50,978 bases of DNA from a virus (Duplodnaviria > Caudoviricetes), in IMG/VR virus record IMGVR_UViG_3300023223_000589, positions 1-50,978 of that record. The stretch is one strand, 5' to 3'. The position numbers and the translations under genes are program-made. Numbering within the stretch: the stretch's first letter is position 1; the number at the start of each line of letters is the position of its first letter. Shown one piece after another: positions 40,501 through 50,541 of this stretch. The notes beneath the pieces were generated by a model. The model worked only from the letters and a program-made list of their open reading frames with translations, was not told the DNA's origin and did not search any database.

Positions 40501-40810
40501 AAACAACATCACGGTAATTCATAATGAAAGCCTAACGCAAGGCGGAGACGGTTTTAAAATCGGTTTCAGGATCGAATGTAACTATAATAATAATCAAGAG
40601 CTATTTGCTCAAATTTATATAAACGGCTCCCCCGTTAATATCGAAGACGTAAGAACATCAAGTAACGCTTTTAACACTGTTTTAGAGGCTGAAGGGGTTG
40701 TAAGGGTCGCATCGGCGCCGGAAACAATAGAACTTAGGATACTTGGGACAGCAAACACAAACGCAACATTTGAACAGTGTACTTTAATTGTTGAAAGAGT
40801 AGGAAAATAA
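37547..40810 (+). CDS. 1087-aa mosaic fibre/adhesin
   Basis: His-rich HAQIDTHI/NPH.VT repeats, TTDLSEGTNLYYT, DUF2793-like PP..P..DRYIV...GAW, YadA-head-like S(I/V)AIG repeats. Confidence 0.8.
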   Translation: MFLEQLGTGRPPVHNQTIGLQGGALGDFFHLSAAELSDVQDISGHIGDSSIHFTEGSIDHLNIQNIGTNSHAQIDTHIGTSNIHFTEVSIDHTNIQGIGVNTHIQIDSHISSTSNPHTVTASQLTDFSTEFDSNFSGKSTTDLSEGTNLYYTEVRVSANVDVAANSAHRTNIGLDQHTQYILVDGTRSFSGVISGVTPTAPSHLTTKGYVDGLVSGIVWQEPVIDKDLATPPVSPTLDDRYIVASVGTGAWTGQEDNIAQWNGSSWDFTTPTEGFASWVEDEDKVYIFVTAWQIFGSVIDHQNLIGAGTNTHAQIDTHIADMNNPHGVTTTQIGAIGGSITDNQVAVGASTANEIEGTSSLMWDGSSSVFTVLGHIKTPGTVSIGDNVPTGGGAFSTLIGPGAGQNSTGDRRVDIGLQAGLAGGLDDGIAIGCGASFSGQGIRGISIGFECAPGQGAGSIAIGALVARTSPQAANGIIISSTGVTENNTTPGHIVFASTLASLKYDGTLWTFLGGDVKIVSTLLTATTNFYIGSTGVTNQGSNSIALGRLSGSTDMASNSVAIGNEAGQTSLSGNSVAIGNCASETNASNETISIGHNSGQSGKGSGSISLGHNSGKLNQGSLGIIISSSGVDENQTSTGHITIISSLASMKYNSSTDVFTFSKGITTNGVLDVTDATNSTSSSTGSIHTAGGLGVTKDLFVGSMIGIGVVPTRPLSIEASSTPTARFTNTATSGPLGGAGILYIADDGAALGTGDRLGFSVFGGSIDALATHHNATAISSFTTENWGVSNGGAEIRFETTPNGSTTRQDRLIIGNDGAITINGNTTINANTSLLGGLQQLVTISAAAAHSVLKTTSLIELDTTLNNIVATLPAIVSGSADNGRRFTFFRQTSPLNQVNLTPQAPSTIRGESTDIILGLKSDSITLLAVAGNWFPIDRNTFAIAVLDQLTPGAVQLIPTVTPAIVTAFDTDLFETNGILNSDHTSNNITVIHNESLTQGGDGFKIGFRIECNYNNNQELFAQIYINGSPVNIEDVRTSSNAFNTVLEAEGVVRVASAPETIELRILGTANTNATFEQCTLIVERVGK

Positions 40811-40824
40811 AATGAGGCCTGAAT

Positions 40825-41349
40825 ATGTCTGAAACATCATATCCACTTAACGAAATTGTGAAAATAAGAGCTATTTTCCTAAAAAATAACGTTGAAATAA
40901 CCAACGCTATTGGCAAGTTGACTATTCAAAGATTGTCTGATGAAAAGTATTTTGATCCTACATTGTTACCGGCTGACCCTTGGGCGACTCCAGCATTTTC
41001 TATTAGTATGGTAGAGGTGGATGAGGTAAATTCCCCGGGCCGCTGGAAGTTTGATTTTGATACAACTGGCTTTGCAAAGGACACTTATCTATCTGTAGCC
41101 AATGACAGCGCCGGGGAGGCCGACAACGTGCCTTTAGGCGGTGAAAGTATTGTTGGTGAGGGTTTGGCGGAAGCAACGGAATTAGCCGCCGCCGGGGCTG
41201 TGGGCAAGGCTGAATATAGTTCTGTCACATCTGAAACGAAACTTTCAAATTGGCAAGATCCATCCACTATCGTCAAGACCTTTGATAATCAACTAGAAAA
41301 CGGTGACCCTTCAGGAACTGGCGAACCCTCTAAGAAACTACCTCAATAA
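40825..41349 (+). CDS. Acidic virion-associated protein (fibre cassette)
   Basis: Follows fibre gene; beta-rich. Confidence 0.45.
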   Translation: MSETSYPLNEIVKIRAIFLKNNVEITNAIGKLTIQRLSDEKYFDPTLLPADPWATPAFSISMVEVDEVNSPGRWKFDFDTTGFAKDTYLSVANDSAGEADNVPLGGESIVGEGLAEATELAAAGAVGKAEYSSVTSETKLSNWQDPSTIVKTFDNQLENGDPSGTGEPSKKLPQ

Positions 41350-41525
41350 TGGGAGCTTTGGCCGGATACGGTTTTTCCGTTGTACCCACAAGAAAGGTTA
41401 AGGTAATTACTGATATTACCATTCCTATAGATATTGAGGTTGTAAAACCGGATATCTTTATTGATGTTGAGGTAATAAAGCCTAATATTCTCATTGATAT
41501 TGAGGTGATTTGTAAGGATTCCTAA
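41349..41525 (+). CDS. 58-aa protein with three 11-aa IxID(I/V)EV repeats
   Basis: TAATG coupling to the upstream gene; translated by hand. Confidence 0.7.
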   Translation: MGALAGYGFSVVPTRKVKVITDITIPIDIEVVKPDIFIDVEVIKPNILIDIEVICKDS

Positions 41526-41591
41526 ACTTCTATTGACTGTAATATTTTCTTACTGTAATATGTTATAGTATCTAAATAGAGAGGTTGTAAA

Positions 41592-42152
41592 TTGAAGAAA
41601 AGTAAGAAGAAATTAACCGCATTAGCCGCTGTTACTAAAGCAAGCGCCGCTGTTGCCAAAGTAAAGGCGAAGAAAAATAGCGATACTTTAGAAGAACTCA
41701 CAAATTCAGACGTTTATAGAGTTCTTGGCGGATTAGCCGCTTGTCAAACATTTAAAGGTCGCCATTTTTCCTATATGTTGGCCACAAACGGGCGAAGGAT
41801 CGAAGAACACACTAAAAAAATAGAGGATTCTATTGATGTTTCTGATGGTCTTAAGGAATTCAGGGAAAAACTTACTGATTTAAACATGGAGAAAGCGGAA
41901 CATGAGCTTAAAAACGAGTTGAAGGCCGGTAGTCCTACCCCGTTCGATAAAAAAATAAAAGAATTAAAGCTTAAACATAAGGATGATATCGACAAATACG
42001 ATGAAGACAGAAAAGAGATGCTTGAAGAGAGCGTTTTTTCTACAAATAAAAAGTTTTCATTGGATAAAATCAAACTTTCCTTAGTGCCTGAAGAGATCAC
42101 CGGGGCCATGATGAATGATATTTTTGAGTGTATTGACCATGGCGAAGAATAA
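41592..42152 (+). CDS. Helical phage protein (DUF1617-like)
   Basis: GAGAGG RBS; FSYMLATN..RIE pattern. Confidence 0.5.
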   Translation: MKKSKKKLTALAAVTKASAAVAKVKAKKNSDTLEELTNSDVYRVLGGLAACQTFKGRHFSYMLATNGRRIEEHTKKIEDSIDVSDGLKEFREKLTDLNMEKAEHELKNELKAGSPTPFDKKIKELKLKHKDDIDKYDEDRKEMLEESVFSTNKKFSLDKIKLSLVPEEITGAMMNDIFECIDHGEE

Positions 42153-42321
42153 CCCACGGATAAAAGAACTTCTGTCAGCTCAAGAAGCATCGATTTTGTT
42201 GAAAACCAGTATTGCCAATATTTATTATTGGATGGATGAAGACAAGCTTTCCACGGTTATGAGGGGCAAATTAAAGATGGTTTATCGTAAAGAGATCGTA
42301 GCGATGAAGGATAGCCGTTGA
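42139..42321 (+). CDS. Excisionase/MerR-like HTH protein
   Basis: LLSAQEASILL..S..NIYYW...KL. Confidence 0.75.
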   Translation: MAKNNPRIKELLSAQEASILLKTSIANIYYWMDEDKLSTVMRGKLKMVYRKEIVAMKDSR

Positions 42322-42898
42322 AATTTATTGATAATATATGTTTCTATACCCTTTCACCGTTGGCCGGCGTTTTATTCGTGTCTCATAGTTATCAATCAGG
42401 TGTTTTATTAATGGTTTTGATTTGGGGCATTATTTGCGCTAATACGGTCTTAACTAATTTTATCGAGAGGGTTAAATAGTGGGTATGAATCAAGCCGACT
42501 TTAGACAGGTCAAGAGAAATATCGACGTTGTAAACGGTAAAAGAAAGCCTATTAAGAAAAAGAAACCAGGTGAAACCCTCAGTGTGGCCACATGTGATTT
42601 TTGTGAGCGTGGAATATTTACCGCTATAGTGACCAATCTTAAATTAAAGGGCCTATATCACGCAGAATGTATAAAAGAAGCTTTAAAACAAAAGGAAAAT
42701 ATTGAAAAAGGAGTTAAGGAAAATGGAAAATGAAATAGAAGATAAAACTGTAGAAGCCGCCGCCGGTGTTGCGATGTTTAAAACGGGGTGTTTCTATTCC
42801 TTTATTTTTATGGTGTTATTTTTGAAAGATCCAGATTTATTAGATGGAATTATTAATGTATTGATAAGTTTTTCTAATTATTTAGATGGGATTGCGAA

Positions 42899-43447
42899 AT
42901 GAATAGTAATGCCCCAGATGGAAATTGGATACAAACATGTACCGGGAAGACAATTGATTTTGAAAACCCTAGAACCGATCAGATAAATATCATAGATATA
43001 GCCCATGGCCTATCAAATGTTTGTAGGTTTACGGGTCAGTGTATGGAATTTTACTCAGTTGCCCAACACTCATTATTTGTAATGAACCAAGTACCAGACG
43101 AATTTAAGCTACAGGCATTGTTACACGATGCAACAGAAGCCTATATGTCAGACATCCCTAGCCCCCTTAAACGGTTATGTCCAAACTACAAGCATTATGA
43201 GCTTGTTTTGTGGGCTGCAATTGCTAAGAAGTTTAAATTGTCCTGTGAGATGCATGAAAGCATTAAAGAGGCAGACAGAAGAATGCTTGCAACAGAGAGA
43301 AAATTCGTCTTTAACGATAATATGCTTTGGGGATCTGTGGACGCCGTAGAACCGTATGAATTGAATATTGAGCCTTGGGATCAAAAATATTCTGAAATGC
43401 TATTTCTTGAAGCTTTTTATGCAATCATACAAAGGCAGTTAATATAG
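42899..43447 (+). CDS. HD-domain phosphohydrolase (YfbR/5'-deoxynucleotidase-like)
   Basis: DIAHGLS..CRF.G, YSVAQHS, LLHDATEAY. Confidence 0.9.
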   Translation: MNSNAPDGNWIQTCTGKTIDFENPRTDQINIIDIAHGLSNVCRFTGQCMEFYSVAQHSLFVMNQVPDEFKLQALLHDATEAYMSDIPSPLKRLCPNYKHYELVLWAAIAKKFKLSCEMHESIKEADRRMLATERKFVFNDNMLWGSVDAVEPYELNIEPWDQKYSEMLFLEAFYAIIQRQLI

Positions 43448-43708
43448 GGGTATGGAACCGGTGGCCAAAATAGAAATCATATGTCAGGGTTATATGTGCG
43501 CCACTTGTAAGCATGAGCTTGAATTGAAAAAGGAAAAGGGTATTGACCTTGTTTTTAATAAGTTGATCGAATGCCCTGCCTGTGGTGGCTTCATGAAGTT
43601 TCAAGAGGGTAAGGAGCGTATTGAGGTTGAGATTATTGACCCTTCTGACCAGTTTGGGGGATATATCTTTGATGATCGGGAACCATTTTAAAAAAAATTA
43701 GAAAAGTA

Positions 43709-43751
43709 CTAGAATATTTTATAGTTATACCGTAATATATAATTATTGAAA
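43709..43751 (+). promoter_or_regulatory. Promoter with box CTAGAATATTTTATAG + TAATAT + TATTGAAA
   Basis: Repeated architecture. Confidence 0.75.
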
Positions 43752-43771
43752 TTGACAAAGGAAAATAAGTT

Positions 43772-45983
43772 ATGGCAGATGAAAAATTTGAAGCAAAACC
43801 GGCGATTAGAGAGAAGTTTTTACTGGATAAGTTGAGAAGCCCAGAAGAACACTTAGTTTTAGTTGTACCAATTAATAAAAATGTTCAAATGGTCAATATG
43901 TTGCTGGCGATACACGACAACCTTTATGGTATTGAAACATTGAAGGTTGATGAGCGTGGCGCAAGGTGGTTACGTGATGAGTAATTCAAAAATTACAATC
44001 AATGGACGTGAATTGAACGAGGCCCAAACAAAGACTTTACAGGTCGCTTTGGCGTCGTTTTTCGTTGATTTACACGGTTTGGAAGAACCAATATCAAACG
44101 GTCATCAGTCAAGAATTAAGGAAATTAACAATATGTTTAGGACTGCATAGTGAAAAAGCGTTTCTTTTTATTAAAAGTCAGCCCGATAATTGTGGAATTT
44201 ATAGAGGTTGAGTCGTTGAATAGAAAAATAATCTACGAAAACGAATGCCGAATTCATACCGCTGAAAAAAGCTATAAATTACATACCCTTGTTTTAAATG
44301 AAGAGGGATTAAAAAGGGTTCACGTCGAAAGGTTTTGTTAGAAATGAATGAAGAAAAAATCACAAATGAAGACATTGAACAGGCTTGCGATATTGTAAAG
44401 CCTAAAAAGAAGAAAAAAGGGGCACATTGTTTTAACTGCGATACCTTTATTAAAGGGGCAACAGGTATATGTCAATGTGGTGTATGTGCTTCGAAATATG
44501 GGGGCCTGGGAGAACAGAAGAAACGGCGTGAAGAACAGGAGTTGAGGTAATGCAAGTAGAAATAAAATTTAAAGTAGGCGATAAGGTTTGTGCTATAGGC
44601 TCAAAGGAAAGGGGTGTTTTTGAAGTCCTTGATATCCGTGGAAGTTGGGGAACTCATGACCCCGGCATTTTCTACAATTTAAAAGAAGTTGAAAGCGGAG
44701 CGCTGGTTCTGCAAGCGGTTCCAGAAAATAGGCTTTGTTTAGCTGAAAAACCTAGTGAAGATATAGATGTTACGGGAAAGCCGATACCAAAGAATTATAT
44801 AAGAGTTTGGAACTATGATGAAACGGGCTCTTTTTTAACTTTAACAAGTGAGTTTGACATAAATAATATTTTTCCAGACTACACAGATGAGCGCTATATA
44901 TTAGCAATGGAATCACATACGGACGAAGAGTTTGCGGCCTTCCCAGAATTTACGGGGTTTTAGGTGATATATTTCTGTTACGCCGTCTTTGGATGGGCGA
45001 TATACGTACCACTAGGTTGCCTTTATAAGTCCTATCAAGTGAGGAATAAAGACAGAACGGAGATGCATAAGCTGATGGATTATGGAGGTGGTGCCCTCTT
45101 TGTTTCAATCCCCACCCTAATATCAATAGCTTGGTTGCTGTGGGGTACGAGGTGAGCGAATGGATGGAAGGATACTTATTAGGATCAATTGTTTCTACGG
45201 TTATAACAAACGTGATTTGGATAATTTTTGTAAAGGGGCTTAAATCATGAGCGAACACACAGAAGGCCCTTGGGGCAACTACACACTTAAAGCCAAGAGT
45301 AACCAAGATATCATTTCAGAATTAATTAAATGTGTACAATCTGGAAGTGGGGAATTTTACTTCATCACTGAAAAGACCGATGAAGTCATGCCAACGATTT
45401 GCCATGTAGGTAACGGGCCTAAATCTAAAGCCAACGCCCGCCTAATAGCCGCCGCCCCTGAAATGTTGGCAGCTTTGAAAGGTGTGTTGCAGGGTGATGC
45501 TATAGTTTCAAGGGGTGACATTAAAAACCTAATCCAAAAAGCTGAAGGGAAAGAATAGATGAGTGAAGAAGAACGAGCAGAACACTCTAGATGGAACGAA
45601 CTTATAGCTAAGATGCCTAGGCAAATTAGGAAGATGAAAGATCACGACCCTCTTGCTAATAAAGTGATAATACTCTGCTTTAAAAACAAGATGTCTTATG
45701 AGGAAATATTGGTAAATTTAGTTATCTTCAAAGACAATCAAGCGCAAGATTTCAGAGATGCTTTGATAGAAAAAGAATCAAGGCGAGTTGTACCGCAGCT
45801 CTATATAAAGGGCCAATGATGATCTATTATTGTTACGCCGTCTTTGCTTGGATACTTTTTTTAACAGCAATTGCCGCCTTTCACAAAGGCTTTAAGGGCA
45901 ACGCTACCACTCAACTAAGTGCCGGTCTTGTTTTTATTCCTATTCTAATTGCCATGGGTTGGTTGATTTGGGGTAGGTCGTGA
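43772..45983 (+). other. Cluster of small accessory ORFs
   Basis: Coupled ORFs at 43772, 44150, 44550, 44964, 45247 (HTEGPW...ANARLIAAAP family), 45559, 45816. Confidence 0.75.
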
Positions 45984-46087
45984 TCGTTGTAATAAATGAC
46001 CCAAACGCCTCAAATAACAAAAAAACCTAAAGATATAATAAACACCCTCCGATACTTAGTTATTGAAACAATTAAAGGAGAAATCAT

Positions 46088-46336
46088 ATGCTAAAACAAT
46101 ATCTATGCTTATCGTGTCAGACAGTAGGTAAGCCCCAAAAAATAACTAAAGGATCAATCATCATAGAGTTTATTTTGTGGTGTTGTTTCCTTGTACCAGG
46201 CTTTATTTATAGTATGTGGCGCATTACTAGTAAGGAGGTGGCCTGTAAGGTTTGTAACTCAACCCACATCATCCCGGCCAGTTCCCCACAAGCTGTAAAA
46301 ATGATCAAGTTGAAAGAGTTTGATAAAAAGTCTTAA
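46088..46336 (+). CDS. Zn-ribbon membrane protein (CxxC-TM-CxxC)
   Basis: CLSC, hydrophobic ILWCCFLVPGFIYSMW, CKVC; own RBS and terminator. Confidence 0.7.
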   Translation: MLKQYLCLSCQTVGKPQKITKGSIIIEFILWCCFLVPGFIYSMWRITSKEVACKVCNSTHIIPASSPQAVKMIKLKEFDKKS

Positions 46337-46363
46337 TAAGGTAGGTTATTTGCAGTGTTTAAA

Positions 46364-46389
46364 GAGCCCGTTTAAAAGCGGGTTTTTTT
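46364..46389 (+). terminator. Rho-independent terminator
   Basis: GCCCGT/GCGGGT stem + T-run. Confidence 0.8.
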
Positions 46390-46400
46390 ATTAAATAGTA

Positions 46401-46443
46401 CTGGAATATTTTATAGTTATTGTGTAAGATGGGGGTATTGAAA
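46401..46443 (+). promoter_or_regulatory. Promoter with box CTGGAATATTTTATAG + TAAGAT + TATTGAAA
   Basis: Repeated architecture. Confidence 0.75.
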
Positions 46444-46463
46444 TTTGAAAGGAAATAAAATCA

Positions 46464-46766
46464 ATGAAAAAGACGGATAGAGGATTTAGCCGAAAAGATT
46501 TTAAAGACCAATATGGGGAATGTTGCTCATTGCAAGCCTCATCGTTGGCAACGGAAAACTGTATTTGGTTTGGTGTGGATAACCCCAGGGTTACAATATT
46601 AGCTAAAGAAATGTACCCTCAAGTAGCTGATCAGGTTAGGGGTTGGGTTGACGTTCCACTCCCAAAAGGAGCTTTAGTTTTTGGACGGATGCATCTAAAT
46701 CAAGAAATGGTTAAAAGTCTTCTGCCGCATCTTATTAAATTTGCTGAAACTGGGGAGTTGGAATAG
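46464..46766 (+). CDS. Conserved-type hypothetical phage protein
   Basis: RGF...FKD.YG..CSLQ.SSLA...IW.G...RMHL pattern. Confidence 0.7.
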   Translation: MKKTDRGFSRKDFKDQYGECCSLQASSLATENCIWFGVDNPRVTILAKEMYPQVADQVRGWVDVPLPKGALVFGRMHLNQEMVKSLLPHLIKFAETGELE

Positions 46767-47221
46767 TGGGATATGAAACTAAATTATTGATAGGTCGGTC
46801 GTCGGATATGACAGATAACGAGCATCAATTAGGTCAGCCCGAAATAGATTGTGATACGATTTATAAACCCTATTTAAAAGATGATAAGGGCAATTATTTG
46901 CTTACAGGTAGAAAAAGAACGTGGTTTCAAATTTATGCCACTCTTGACCTTTGTAAATGTGGCGGCGAATCAAGCGTGTCTAAAATAGAAATTGAAAACA
47001 AAGACGAATTACATTTTTGGTACTGGTACAGCGGTAGTGATGACACTTCAGAGGATTGCTACGGCACTAAACTTAAGCCGGTCCCTATAAAAGAAGTGGT
47101 AGATGCTTTAAGGGAAGATGTTAAGGAGAGTGAGTATAGGCGTTTTAAATGGGCTCTGGCCCTGCTTGAAGCTATGCAAGATGATTCGGAAGGGTTAAGC
47201 GTGTTGTTGTATGGACATTGA
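46766..47221 (+). CDS. Hypothetical protein
   Basis: ORF track; coupled start. Confidence 0.7.
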   Translation: MGYETKLLIGRSSDMTDNEHQLGQPEIDCDTIYKPYLKDDKGNYLLTGRKRTWFQIYATLDLCKCGGESSVSKIEIENKDELHFWYWYSGSDDTSEDCYGTKLKPVPIKEVVDALREDVKESEYRRFKWALALLEAMQDDSEGLSVLLYGH

Positions 47222-48020
47222 AGCTAAAGAAAAACCAATCTTGTTTAATGGTGAAATGGTTAGGGCTATTTTGAGTGGGCAGAAGACGCAGACACGGCGG
47301 ATTATGAAGGTGCAACCTAATGAACATGACCATAAAATGTACGGTGAAATTCACGGCGCAAATTGTACATGGGCAAATGAACCTCCTGAATATTACGATA
47401 CAGGAGATAACCGATGGGCTTGTAGACTTTGTGGCGATGGAATCGATGTAATGGGAAACGGTGGGTATAAATGCCCCTACGGCCAAGTAGGTGATGAGAT
47501 TTGGGTGCGTGAAACCTATTATCAATCCGGCTACTCTTATCAAACTTACCCTGAAGACGAAGAGTATAGAGGATGGAGCGGAAGCGATTTGTTTTATAGT
47601 GCCGATGGAATCCCCCCTTGTCGTGGTGATGGCGAATGGGGAAAGCAATCTTCAAATGAAGAACGGGCAAAACGTGGGTCCAATTTCTTTCCAGACAAGG
47701 GAAGTAATTTTTGGCGCAAGAAACCTTCAATACATATGTTTAGAAAACATAGCCGTATTCAACTCAAAGTAAAACGGGTTTGGGTCGAGAGGGTGCAGGA
47801 TATTTCAGAAGATGATGCTATAGATGAGGGAATAGATATATGCCCAGGAAATGGCGGTGAAGATATGTATTTTAGAAATTATTTAGCTCTAACTAAGGCA
47901 GATGAATATTTTCTTGAAGCACCAAAGAAGTCATTTGAAAGTTTATGGAACTCAATCTACAACACTTGGGATGAAAACCCGTGGGTGTGGGCTTGTGAAT
48001 TTGTAAGGATTGTGAAGTGA
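47211..48020 (+). CDS. ASCH/PUA-like domain protein
   Basis: PILFNGEMVRAIL.G.KTQTRR, WVRET, PSIHM, NPWVW. Confidence 0.85.
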   Translation: MDIEAKEKPILFNGEMVRAILSGQKTQTRRIMKVQPNEHDHKMYGEIHGANCTWANEPPEYYDTGDNRWACRLCGDGIDVMGNGGYKCPYGQVGDEIWVRETYYQSGYSYQTYPEDEEYRGWSGSDLFYSADGIPPCRGDGEWGKQSSNEERAKRGSNFFPDKGSNFWRKKPSIHMFRKHSRIQLKVKRVWVERVQDISEDDAIDEGIDICPGNGGEDMYFRNYLALTKADEYFLEAPKKSFESLWNSIYNTWDENPWVWACEFVRIVK

Positions 48021-48998
48021 AGGTACATTTTTATAAATCCCATGGCTCAAAGCCGCTTTACGTGTCACAAAAAGCACATAGGCAAACGACAATTTGCGGG
48101 TATATAAGACCCCGGGTAACGATGTATGTACTGTTCGTGACTTGTGAATTGTGTTGGCGTAAGATGGAAAAAGAAGGGATTGTTTAAGGTGAAATTCAAT
48201 CAAAACTCACGAAGTCAAAACAAAAAACCTCTGTCAGATAAAGGCCCCGCCAACATAGGGATCAATCAATTGAATAGTGTTTTTCACCATAATTGTAATG
48301 ATGAAATAGAAGAAGGAAATGTTGAATCTTACGGTGAGGTAGAGTTTCTTGAAAATAAAAATAAAAGGATCGACAATAGAAATACACTTACCGTTCAAAT
48401 AGTCGTTTTGATCTGTACTATTTTATATGCCTATATAGCTATTGTGAATAATGGAACAGAAAAATTATAATGGACAACCCCGCCCCATATGATTATAATC
48501 TTAAATGTATATCTCATCTTTATACTATTGAAAAGTTAGGAAAATAAGAAAATGGAAGAAACAAGAGAGCAGCAGCTTAGAAGTATTATCCAAGACAGGA
48601 AACAATTATTTATTGATGAATTAAAAGTATTGCCCACCAAGTCGAAACGTGACCTATATTTAAATATATTGCAAAGATCGGTGGATGAATTAGTTCTTTG
48701 TAATAACCTCGGAAAGCTTGATTTAGGTGTTACTGAAACGCCGATAAAAAAGGGTGGGGGATGATATGACAACGCCTAAGAACCCAAACCCGCCAAGTCA
48801 CGAAGATTTTTTAAAAGCCTCGGCATTCGTTAGAACCTTTAAAACTAAGCAAGAATGGATTGAACATCTCGAAAAGTGCCGTGAAGCCGAGCAATCGAAA
48901 TTTGAGAAGAAATTGCGAAGCGTTGACAAGGTAACGGATGTTTTATGCCTTGTTTCTTGGATTTTGCTGGCTTTATATGGTCTTTTTGTGTGGTTGTC

Positions 48999-49469
48999 GT
49001 GAAGAAATCGGCAATATTATCACGATGCAGAAAATACAGATATTCTTTAACCAGGGCATGGGATGAATCAAAACCATATGTTGTATTCATTGGCCTAAAT
49101 CCATCCACTGCAGACGAAAACGAAGACGATCCCACAATTCGGCGCTGTATTGCATACGCTAAATCATGGGGCTATGGCGGGGTTAGAATGATGAACCTAT
49201 TTGCATTTAGGGCAACAGATCCTAAGAAGATGATGGCCGCCGATGATCCTATAGGGGTTATGAATTGCGAATATCTAAAATCTGCTGATGCCTTTGACCA
49301 TAGAAATTTGTTTGTAGCCGCATGGGGTAACCACGGCTCATTTATGAATAGGTATATTTTCGTTAAAAAAGTGTTTAGAAAACTGCATTATCTAAAAATG
49401 AATAATTCAGGTCAGCCGGCGCATCCGTTGTATTTAAAGGCCGATTTAAAGCCTGTTTTGTGGGAATAA
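48999..49469 (+). CDS. DUF1643 family protein
   Basis: YRYSL.R.W, LNPSTAD...DDPTIRRC, NLFA.RATDP, AAWG, HPLY. Confidence 0.9.
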   Translation: MKKSAILSRCRKYRYSLTRAWDESKPYVVFIGLNPSTADENEDDPTIRRCIAYAKSWGYGGVRMMNLFAFRATDPKKMMAADDPIGVMNCEYLKSADAFDHRNLFVAAWGNHGSFMNRYIFVKKVFRKLHYLKMNNSGQPAHPLYLKADLKPVLWE

Positions 49470-49874
49470 GGGGAAATAGTGGACCAACAAGTTAGAGAGC
49501 TACTATCTGAGGAAATAGGCCAACATATAGGGTGGTATATTCGAGAGCAAACAAAGCATTTAGTTGAGGCTATGCCTTGTAATTGCGATGAAACTCATGT
49601 TCAAGATGGTGTAATTATGTACGTTTCAAAGGGTGAACATTGTGAACGCTGCAATAAATTAGAAGAACTTGAGAAATTGGTGTAATGATGGGCAAAGAAA
49701 TAATAATCTACAAACCCGCCTCGGTTGGAGCTTCAACTGGCGAATTAATTGGAAAGTTCAACGGCTTCATAGATGCGGAAAAAGAAAAGCTTGCATACGA
49801 TAAATATCTTAAAAATGGGATGATATCACAAGAATCTTATGATTCTATGTGTGAAGAAAGAGGGTGGGGGGATA

Positions 49875-50210
49875 GTGAAGAACCAAAAACAGTTGATTGA
49901 TCAAATAAGATCTACCAGGAAGTCGCAAGGGTTTACCCAATTAGATATAGCTAAAAAGGTGGGTCTGAGTAGGGCCCAGATTGCCAATTTAGAAGGAGGC
50001 CGACATAATTGCTCTTTGCCCCGCTTCTTACAGATTTGCGAAATATTAGGTATTGAATGGGCTGATTTTGATAATGCTGATAATATAAAACGCAATGCAG
50101 AAATTAAGGCCATGAGAGATTACAGGGCTGATTTTAAAAGATTTCACACAAAGATCACGAAGTTTTGTCTTGAAGCTTCGTGGGTATACGATGATCCCAA
50201 TGACAGCTAA
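49875..50210 (+). CDS. XRE-family HTH regulator
   Basis: RKSQGFTQLDIAKKVGLSRAQIANLEGG. Confidence 0.9.
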   Translation: MKNQKQLIDQIRSTRKSQGFTQLDIAKKVGLSRAQIANLEGGRHNCSLPRFLQICEILGIEWADFDNADNIKRNAEIKAMRDYRADFKRFHTKITKFCLEASWVYDDPNDS

Positions 50211-50541
50211 TAATAGCTAAATATAGTTAATGAGAAATTAGTACAGATCCAATAACAAATATACCCAAATACCAAGAGCCCCATAATAACACCCCCAAAT
50301 AGAGCTAATCCCTTATTGATATCGTAATTGAGTTGTTCCATGTAGGCACGTCATGGCCGTGTTGTCTGGTGTAATGTACGTATTATTATCATGTCTTATA
50401 AAAGTATATATTTATTATCTTATATCTTATCTCTTATTATTTCTTATCTGATAACTATATATAGAGATTGAAGGTAGCATAAATACTATAAAAGAGCAAA
50501 TGAGATTCTTGGCTTTAGCTAGGTTTGACTGTGATTAGAAG

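Noticed and set aside
1019-50113. Numerous antisense and alternate-frame ORFs in the track
   Set aside because: They shadow well-supported genes and lack RBSs or recognisable motifs
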